Assembly (NCBI GenBank): GCA_965216565.1
Contig: OZ244170.1
Coordinates: forward strand, 1,440,001 to 1,504,000
Origin: Bythopirellula sp.
GTDB lineage: Bacteria; Planctomycetota; Planctomycetia; Pirellulales; Lacipirellulaceae
Direction of reading: 5' to 3'
Length of the DNA: 64,000 nt
Shown: one piece after another, positions 57,466-64,000 of the stretch
How positions within the stretch are numbered: the stretch's first letter is position 1
Layout of the letters: every line of letters starts with the position of its first letter
Program-made: the position numbers and the translations under genes
Notes under the pieces: generated by a model
Told to the model about the DNA's origin: nothing
Database searches by the model: none
The model's input: only the letters and a program-made list of their open reading frames with translations

Positions 57466-58476
57466 TTAAGAGGGAGGGTCTTCGGTTGCTTCTTCAATCG
57501 GTGGTGAGACTAAATGTGCCGGGTCGTTGCCCCCAGCAATAATCGAGGCTGCAACGCCAACGAAGAGTATTCCGCCAATAACTGCCAATGAGACAAGATT
57601 TGGAATCGGATAGTGGTGGACTAGCATCATCTTTACCCCAACGTAAGCCAGCAAAAAGACAAGACTCATCTTGAGATAGCGAAACTTGTCCATCATACCG
57701 GCAACTGCAAAGTAGAGTGACCTCAATCCAAGTATGGCAAAGATGTTCGAGGTAAATACGAGAAAGGGGTCACGGGTGATGCTGAATATCGCGGGAATGG
57801 AGTCCAAGGCAAACATCACGTCGGTTGTTTCCACCATGAGTAAAGCCAGAAATGTATGAGTGATGGCTGTCCTACCTTCTGAGTTCTTCGCGAAGAATGA
57901 GCCATCCGTGTGTGGAACCGTTGGATATAGCTTGTGGGCGTACCGAACCAGCCAATTCTTCTCCGGGTTAATGGTCTCATGTCGCGTAATCAACATCTTA
58001 ACGGCGGATGCAAGTAGGATTAATCCGAAGATGTAGGCAGACCAATGGAAGCGTTCGATAACCACTGCCCCAATGGTAATCATCACGCCTCGCATGATGA
58101 CTGCTCCCAAGATTCCCCAGAAAAGTACGCGGTGCTGGTGTTCGCTCGGGATGCGAAAGAATGAGAAAATCATTGCTATCACAAATATGTTGTCTACAGA
58201 TAGCGACTTCTCGACAATATATCCCGTGAAGAACTGAACGGCGGCTTGTTGACCGGTTAAGTCATGCGATTGCAGGTCCGTCCAGCCAAACCAGTTTTGT
58301 CCATAAAGAAAGTAGACAACAACGTTGAAGCAAAGCGAAACAGCCACCCAAATACCGGTCCAAGCGAGAGCCTCGCGGACGGAGATCCGATGGGAATTGC
58401 GATGAAAAACCCCGAGGTCGAGAAAGACCATTGCCAACACGAACACAAGGAACAACACCCACACCAGATTCTGCAT
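57466..58476 (-). CDS. TerC/Alx family metal homeostasis membrane protein
   Basis: GYIVEKSLSVDNIFV, QHRVLFWGILGA, ETTDVMFALDSIPAI, SNIFAILGLRSLYF. Confidence 0.95.
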   Translation of the reverse strand: MQNLVWVLFLVFVLAMVFLDLGVFHRNSHRISVREALAWTGIWVAVSLCFNVVVYFLYGQNWFGWTDLQSHDLTGQQAAVQFFTGYIVEKSLSVDNIFVIAMIFSFFRIPSEHQHRVLFWGILGAVIMRGVMITIGAVVIERFHWSAYIFGLILLASAVKMLITRHETINPEKNWLVRYAHKLYPTVPHTDGSFFAKNSEGRTAITHTFLALLMVETTDVMFALDSIPAIFSITRDPFLVFTSNIFAILGLRSLYFAVAGMMDKFRYLKMSLVFLLAYVGVKMMLVHHYPIPNLVSLAVIGGILFVGVAASIIAGGNDPAHLVSPPIEEATEDPPS

Positions 58477-58686
58477 CGATTATCCTTTATCACCTCAATG
58501 AGGTTCTCGGCCACGTTGTTCACCCGAAAGGTCAACAGACAGGTTTGGGAGAAGGTGACCGCTCCGCAGGTAGCATGCGGCTGACTATGACGATCACATT
58601 CGCACAGTAAACTCAGAATCTATATCAAAGACACATCGATGAATTACTTTTGATGGCAGAATATGCATGAATGTGTAAGGGACAAA

Positions 58687-59502
58687 TCATGATGCGATGC
58701 CATCCGACGTGTTACTCTGCACGAAAAACACAACGATCGTAATATCGTCATGCCCTTCATTGGCGAGCGCTTCCTGGGCCAGCAAATCGACTGCTTGCTG
58801 CGGCTCGTCTACCTGGCCCATGATTTCTAAAATTCTGTCTTCGCCAACGTTGTCTGTCAGCCCGTCGCTAGCGAGCAGATAGCGATCACCGTGATAAACA
58901 TCCAGGACTCGGATTTCCTCTTTGTCAGCTTCAAATGTTTTCATTCCGAGAGCGTTAAAGAGCACGTTTCGCATGTGATGCTTACGGGCCTCTTCCGTCG
59001 TAATCTTTCCGAGGAACAGCATTTGGTCAGGCCAAGTGTCGTCAACTGTCAGCCTCTCAATTGAATTGCCACGCACCAAGTAAGCTCGGCTGTCACCTAC
59101 CCCAGTGACGTATAAATGATGGTCCGCAAGCAGAGCTAAAACGACGGTGGTGCTTGCGCCATGAGACTCAGGGTACTGTGCAGCATAGTCCAGGATCAGA
59201 CAGTTGGCCTGTTCTAAGGCCGCATGTAATTGGTGTTCGATTTCCGTTGGGTCGATTTCTGTGACAGCTTTACTTAACTCATGCGACAAAACTTCTACAG
59301 CAAACAGGCTCGCAAGTTCCCCCGCAGAGTTACCGGCAATACCATCCGCGACAATAAAGAGGTCAGCGTTTGGAGAAACGTACTGCCGATCTTCGTTAGT
59401 ATTACGAGTTGTGCCTTGCAGGGAGCACGCTGACGCAGTAATCAAAAGCCGATCTGCTTGACAGGAATCTCTTAGTTCCAATGGTTCCGATGCAAATCGC
59501 AT
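58687..59502 (-). CDS. PP2C/PPM family Ser/Thr phosphatase
   Basis: RNTNED, IVADGIAG, VGDSRAY, LTVDDT, ASDGLTD, DDITIV. Confidence 0.93.
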   Translation of the reverse strand: MRFASEPLELRDSCQADRLLITASACSLQGTTRNTNEDRQYVSPNADLFIVADGIAGNSAGELASLFAVEVLSHELSKAVTEIDPTEIEHQLHAALEQANCLILDYAAQYPESHGASTTVVLALLADHHLYVTGVGDSRAYLVRGNSIERLTVDDTWPDQMLFLGKITTEEARKHHMRNVLFNALGMKTFEADKEEIRVLDVYHGDRYLLASDGLTDNVGEDRILEIMGQVDEPQQAVDLLAQEALANEGHDDITIVVFFVQSNTSDGIAS

Positions 59503-59579
59503 AAACGACCCTTTCGGTCCAACGATTCAAATCCATCGTCCTAGTAGTCGTGATCCTCATGGAGACGAGACCGCGAGTA

Positions 59580-61154
59580 TTATTTTGGTTTTTCTGCGAT
59601 CAATGCGTCACTGGTCAGCAGCAAAGTAGCTACGCTCAGTGCATTCTCCAGCGCTACCCTGGTGACTTTCATCGGATCGATCACTCCAGCTGCCACTAAA
59701 TCCTCAAACTGATCGGAATATGCGTTGTAGCCAAAGGCCCCTTCGCCTTCTGAAACCTTGCCACAAACCACACCGCCATCGCGACCGGCGTTTTCTGCGA
59801 TCCATTCCAGGGGAGCCTGGCAGGCTTTCTGGACAATGCGAAAACCGACCTGCTCAGCCTGGATCAGGTCATCAGCCGAGCATGCATTGGCAGCTCGAAT
59901 CAGAGCAACGCCACCGCCAGGTAACACCCCCTCTTCCATCGCAGCTCGCGTCGCGTGAATTGCATCGTCGAACCGCATTTTCTTTTCTTTCATCTCACTC
60001 TCAGTCGCAGCTCCGACCTCAATTTTCGCAACACCACCGGTCAGCTTTGCCAGTCGCTCTTCGAGTTTTTCTTTGTCATAGCTGCTCTTGGTTGTCTCGA
60101 TCTCTTTGCGGATCTGTGTACTGCGAGCACTGATGTCTTCGGTTTTTCCAGCTCCTTCGATGATCGTCGTACCATCTTTGTCGATAACAATCTTCTTAGC
60201 ACGACCAAGGTCGGTGAGCTTTACATTTTCCAACTTGGCCCCAAGGCTATCGAACAGGGGCCTCGCGCCGGTAAGGATGGCAAGGTCTTCTAGCATGGCC
60301 TTACGACGGTCGCCAAAACCGGGAGCCTTAACCGCGCAGCACTTCAAGGTTCCACGAAGACAGTTGATTACAAGCGTAGCAAGAGCTTCGCCATCGACGT
60401 CCTCTGCGATAATCAAAAGTGGCTTACTAGCCTTGGCGATTTCTTCCAGGAGCGGAATCAGGTGCTTGGCACTGGAAATTTTTTTCTCGAACACCATGAT
60501 GTAGGCGTCTTCGAATACGCACTCCATTCGCGACTGATCGTTCAAGAAATACGGTGACAAGTACCCCTTGTCGAAACGCATCCCCTCCACCCACTCTACG
60601 CAAGTCTGGAGTGACTTCCCCTCTTCCACAGTAACAACACCATCTTTCCCTACCTTCTCCATCGCTTCGGCTACCACGGTTCCAATCTTCTCATCACCAT
60701 TGGCAGATACGGTTGCGACCTTCATCAAGTCATCGTGTCCGTCGATAGGTTCTGTGAGGCTACGCAGCTTCTCGATGATACCTGCCATTGCCAATTCCAT
60801 CCCTCGTTTCATCGGAAGTGGGGCAACACCGGCAGCAACGGCGCGAAGCCCTTCCGTGAATATCGCGTCCGCTAGCACTGTTGCGGTCGTGGTACCATCA
60901 CCTGCGACGTCGTTCGTTTTTGATGCGACCTCACGAACCATCTGTGCACCAATGTTCTCCAGTGGGTCTTCCAGTTCGATTTCCTTAGCTACAGTCACAC
61001 CATCACGGGTGACCACGGGTGAACCATAGCTTTTCTGTAGAACGACATTGCGGCCTCGAGGACCTAGCGTCGTCCGTACTGCACGAGCAAGTTTACCCAC
61101 GCCACGTTTGATCGCATCGCGGGCTTCGTCATGAAAGACAATCGTTTTCGACAT
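59580..61154 (-). CDS. groEL: Chaperonin GroEL (no GGM tail)
   Basis: [39 protein letters not shown]; ends at EKPK. Confidence 0.97.
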   Translation of the reverse strand: MSKTIVFHDEARDAIKRGVGKLARAVRTTLGPRGRNVVLQKSYGSPVVTRDGVTVAKEIELEDPLENIGAQMVREVASKTNDVAGDGTTTATVLADAIFTEGLRAVAAGVAPLPMKRGMELAMAGIIEKLRSLTEPIDGHDDLMKVATVSANGDEKIGTVVAEAMEKVGKDGVVTVEEGKSLQTCVEWVEGMRFDKGYLSPYFLNDQSRMECVFEDAYIMVFEKKISSAKHLIPLLEEIAKASKPLLIIAEDVDGEALATLVINCLRGTLKCCAVKAPGFGDRRKAMLEDLAILTGARPLFDSLGAKLENVKLTDLGRAKKIVIDKDGTTIIEGAGKTEDISARSTQIRKEIETTKSSYDKEKLEERLAKLTGGVAKIEVGAATESEMKEKKMRFDDAIHATRAAMEEGVLPGGGVALIRAANACSADDLIQAEQVGFRIVQKACQAPLEWIAENAGRDGGVVCGKVSEGEGAFGYNAYSDQFEDLVAAGVIDPMKVTRVALENALSVATLLLTSDALIAEKPK

Positions 61155-61186
61155 GAGTGAACGCCTTTTCTGTTAAATACCTGTAC

Positions 61187-61513
61187 TTACTCAATCACAG
61201 CTAAAATATCGCTTTCGCGAATGATCAATCGGTCCTCTTCGTCTAATTTGATTTCGTCCCCTGCATATTCGGTAAAGAGCACCTCGTCGCCTGCTTTGAC
61301 TTGCATCGGTCCGCGAGAACCGTCGTCAAGAATCTTGCCATCGCCCACCGCTTCTACAAATCCACGATTGGCTTTCTTTTTTGCATTCTCTGGCAAGACA
61401 ATACCGCCCCTAGTTTGTTCTTCAGCGACGACTCGCTTGATGACCACCCGGTTGTCGAGAGGACGTAGCTTTGTTTTCACTCTAACTGTTTGCGATTTCG
61501 TTGCGGTCGCCAT
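61187..61513 (-). CDS. groES: Co-chaperonin GroES
   Basis: LRPLDNRVVI, GGIVLP, VKAGDEV, RESDILAVIE; GGAGGA RBS. Confidence 0.97.
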   Translation of the reverse strand: MATATKSQTVRVKTKLRPLDNRVVIKRVVAEEQTRGGIVLPENAKKKANRGFVEAVGDGKILDDGSRGPMQVKAGDEVLFTEYAGDEIKLDEEDRLIIRESDILAVIE

Positions 61514-61560
61514 TGGGGCTCCTCCGGTCGATAGTTGCTGTTAGCTCGAAGAAGTCTTGA

Positions 61561-61576
61561 TGCAATCGATGTGCCA
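61561..61576 (-). promoter_or_regulatory. Sigma-54 -24/-12 promoter of groESL
   Basis: TGGCAC-ATCGA-TTGCA on the minus strand, 48 bp upstream of groES. Confidence 0.82.
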
Positions 61577-61747
61577 TAAGATAAAAAGATTGATACCTGG
61601 CGTATTGAAGGCCGGTTTTATGTCGCCATTCAAGCAAGTGGCTGAAGATTGACCACAGCGTCCAATTCTCGATCAGCTCGTTCGCTACGAAGAGAGCGCA
61701 GACTCGCCATGTCGCGAGTTTTTCAAGTTGGGTAGCTGAAGAAAAAG

Positions 61748-61762
61748 TGGCACACAAAATGC
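61748..61762 (+). promoter_or_regulatory. Sigma-54 -24/-12 promoter
   Basis: TGGCAC-ACAAA-ATGC, upstream of a small ORF. Confidence 0.7.
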
Positions 61763-61850
61763 AGTTCGGTAGAGTCAATGCGTGAGCCACCTCTGGCGGG
61801 TAATGACTCGCCAGGTTCACGCGACTCTCCCAGTGCGAAGGAGCACACCA

Positions 61851-61970
61851 ATGGGCGACAAAGGAAAGGGTGCCAAAGTCGATAAAAAATCGTCTTCTGC
61901 CAAGGCACCAAGTGGTAGCAAGGACACCACCAAACCCGAGTCCGGGAAGCCTTCTGGCAAGAAGGCGTAA
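61851..61970 (+). CDS. 39-aa Lys/Ser/Gly-rich microprotein
   Basis: AAGGAG RBS, MGDKGKGAKVDKKSSSAKAPSGSKDTTKPESGKPSGKKA, hairpin downstream (about 61985-62030). Confidence 0.6.
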   Translation: MGDKGKGAKVDKKSSSAKAPSGSKDTTKPESGKPSGKKA

Positions 61971-62205
61971 GTCTTGCCCCGAATACCGCCGAGCCGTTGC
62001 CATCTCTCGTACGACGGCTCTGGCGGCGGGTCTTATATTTGAAAATCAATCCTTAGGTCAAATTCAGGCTTTATTGCTGGGGTGCTGAAACCTTCCCTTC
62101 TCGTTAAATCGACAGAAGAAGGGGTTGCAGGACAGGAATTTGCAGCTACAGTATTTGTAGCTGCGCAATCATGCCCTGCACCGTCACCTCGCTGAAATCT
62201 CTACC

Positions 62206-62721
62206 ATGTCGAAAGCCACCATTACTCGAGACGAGTTCCTTGAAGACCGGCAGGGTAGGACTTTCACGGATGTTCTGAATGACCCTGAGCAGCCTTTCGA
62301 CGAAGTACTTGAGTTTTTCAGTGATGAAGACCGGCAACGACGCATGGAAGAGTCGGAACTACATCATGAACGTGCCCCACTCGCAGGAGTAGTACGAGAA
62401 CTTGAATCGATTCCAGCCATCGATCTATTTCTCTCAGAAATCCATGCACAGCGAACGCTGCGATTACGGCAAGCAATTGGGGTCTTAGTGCGAATTATCA
62501 TGCACCGCCGTGGCTGGAAGAAAACTGGCAAGAAGGGCTCGCTGGGCGTTCGTGCCACTGCTTCCGAGAATTCACCTTCTTGCAACACCGGTGGCCTGGC
62601 ATTTTGGTTCATCCGAGCGGAACGGTATCAGCTCAGATCAGGAATGCCGTTCCAAACCGCAGCCGAACGATTTCACGAATTACAAGTCACTCAAGCGGAA
62701 CCTGCCGCTGGTGAGCGTTGA
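62206..62721 (+). CDS. Hypothetical protein
   Basis: 171 aa with globular-looking composition (PLAGVVRELE, RQAIGV, GWKKTGKKGSLG, WFIRAERY). Confidence 0.75.
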   Translation: MSKATITRDEFLEDRQGRTFTDVLNDPEQPFDEVLEFFSDEDRQRRMEESELHHERAPLAGVVRELESIPAIDLFLSEIHAQRTLRLRQAIGVLVRIIMHRRGWKKTGKKGSLGVRATASENSPSCNTGGLAFWFIRAERYQLRSGMPFQTAAERFHELQVTQAEPAAGER

Positions 62722-63087
62722 AGCTCACCTTGGACAAACCTCACGTCACGCACTAATCCATCCGCAGTATCGATCAGAGACGAGGGCTTCGCCTGCCGCA
62801 TTCGCGTCGAAGGCGTAGACATCGCAGGTCAGATACTAGCTTGTCTAAGCAAGGCTTTCGTATTCAAGACGAGTGAGCCGATGGAGAAGAGCCGGCATCC
62901 GCCGCAGTGCATCTTCCGGGTGGCGTATGGATCTCAGTTCTCTTATCGCAAGCTAGTCGGGCTCCTCTCTGCGATTCCGGGGTTAGGACTGCGGATGGAA
63001 CCACCTAGCACGGAAACGGATTGGAGAGAAACCAGGAATGATTAGCAATTATTCGTGTCACAAGAACGATTTCCCAAGGAGGGAGCG

Positions 63088-63321
63088 ATGTTGATACTGA
63101 GCCGAAGGAAACAGGAAAGCATCTGGATTAGCGACGATATTGTCGTGACGGTGCTTGAGATTCAGCGGAACAAAGTGCGCATTGGCATCGATGCTCCGAA
63201 GGAAATCCCTGTTCTGCGTACTGAACTGCAGCACCGTATTTTAGATTCAGCACGACGTGATTCCCGTTCTAGGGTCACCGACGATACGGAAACCGCCTTG
63301 GAAAAAAAGGTGCCGTCATGA
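63088..63321 (+). CDS. csrA: Carbon storage regulator CsrA (copy 2)
   Basis: MLILSRRKQESIWISDDIVVTVLEIQRNKVRIGIDAPKEIPVLRTEL; AAGGAGG RBS. Confidence 0.93.
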   Translation: MLILSRRKQESIWISDDIVVTVLEIQRNKVRIGIDAPKEIPVLRTELQHRILDSARRDSRSRVTDDTETALEKKVPS

Positions 63322-63884
63322 CGTTGAGCCAAGTCGTTGTTAGCACACCCAGATACGTCCTGATGGATGGGAGTCGCCGTATTGGGCCCGAAGCGGAGCC
63401 ATTGTGTTTGGGAAATCAGTGCTTGCCGATATATGGATTTTCAGGCAAGGCTCTCTATGACAAGTTTTTGTCGCAAAGTGAACTGGCATTAACGCCTTAT
63501 CCACTGGTTGGAGGCTATCTGCGGAATCAAATTGAATCAGCAGGCGATAGCCTCATGCTTGTGGCAATTGACCCAGCAGGGATCCAGGAGCCTTATTTGC
63601 AAGCGGCAACGATGGCGGCTGTGTTGGAAGCACAGAAAACCAATGCGATGCACGTGACTGCGAATTATCGGCTGGTGTTCGATCAACTAGCGGATGCTTA
63701 CAGAGTGGAAGAAGCTTCAAAATCGAGTAAAGGATCCACCGGCAGAGCCGGTGGCTTTCAGGTGAGAGCCCATAGGGCTCGCTTATTCAATTCAAACGAA
63801 CTTCAAAACCAACAGCAGAAAACTCAGACGGCGGAGCCTAATATCTCTGACCACGTCCAGAGGACGTGGTTTTACCTTCGGTAA
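63318..63884 (+). CDS. Hypothetical protein coupled to csrA
   Basis: ATGA overlap with csrA; IYGFS, LTPYPLV motifs. Confidence 0.7.
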   Translation: MTLSQVVVSTPRYVLMDGSRRIGPEAEPLCLGNQCLPIYGFSGKALYDKFLSQSELALTPYPLVGGYLRNQIESAGDSLMLVAIDPAGIQEPYLQAATMAAVLEAQKTNAMHVTANYRLVFDQLADAYRVEEASKSSKGSTGRAGGFQVRAHRARLFNSNELQNQQQKTQTAEPNISDHVQRTWFYLR

Positions 63885-63951
63885 TCAATAGACACCTTCG
63901 ATGACGAGTAGACAGGTGCAGCTGTCAGACTTCACAAAAGGAATCAAGACC

Positions 63952-64000
63952 ATGAATTGGGATCAGATCAAAAGTAACTGGGAGGTAGTGAGTGACGAGA
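63952..64000 (+). CDS. CsbD-like general stress protein (5' fragment, runs off the window)
   Basis: AAGGA RBS; MNWDQIKSNW resembles CsbD/YjbJ N-termini. Confidence 0.55.
   Translation, partial: MNWDQIKSNWEVVSDE

Noticed and set aside
58477..58686. yybP-ykoY manganese riboswitch upstream of terC
   Set aside because: Some hairpins and a CGTCAT-like motif are present, but the conserved GGGGAGUA element is absent; needs an Infernal search
62129..62143. Additional sigma-54 promoter AGGACA-GGAAT-TTGC (and TGGCAT-like at about 47013)
   Set aside because: The first keeps GG-N10-GC but has a poor -24 element; the second lacks a correctly spaced -12 GC; neither is distinguishable from chance
1..64000. 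tRNA or rRNA genes, att sites, integrase
   Set aside because: GGTTCGA-like strings (e.g. about 15182 and 36651) lie inside CDSs without cloverleaf context; no recombinase motifs or long flanking direct repeats were found by eye

Overview
Bacterial chromosomal window, very probably from a Planctomycete (DUF1580 gene, two CsrA paralogues, several Ser/Thr kinases; taxonomy is inferred from gene content only). It has four parts. (1) 0.2-2.3 kb: MFS transporter and SAM methyltransferase. (2) 2.8-4.8 kb: a complete 2001-bp IS4-family element with 20-bp perfect TIRs, an 11-bp target duplication and an XRE passenger gene, inserted into a perfect hairpin. (3) ~5.2-30 kb: backbone of a plasmid-like or integrative mobilisable element (RepA-like initiator, iteron-like repeats, ParAB, two Replic-Relax-like proteins, VirD4/TraD coupling protein, MT-A70 methylase, DUF1580). 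It carries an unusual kinase / membrane-anchored Cas4-like pseudonuclease / HTH-pseudokinase module. No integrase or VirB4 is visible. (4) 30.7-64 kb: a stress/osmotic island with seven sigma-54 -24/-12 motifs, an NtrC-type activator, a hybrid kinase with an RsbT-like N-terminus, 2 CsrA, 2 PP2C, 2 MscK, CorA, MgtE, TerC and GroESL. It holds two cryptic enzyme modules: a SET-domain + AdoMetDC-like gene pair (candidate S-methylmethionine/DMSP-type pathway), and an N-formylglutamate amidohydrolase + DUF1704/MATCAP-like peptidase + MscK + tandem GshB-like ATP-grasp operon (candidate peptide write/erase system). No rRNA, tRNA or CRISPR array was found. All family calls come from motif recognition by eye, not from database searches.
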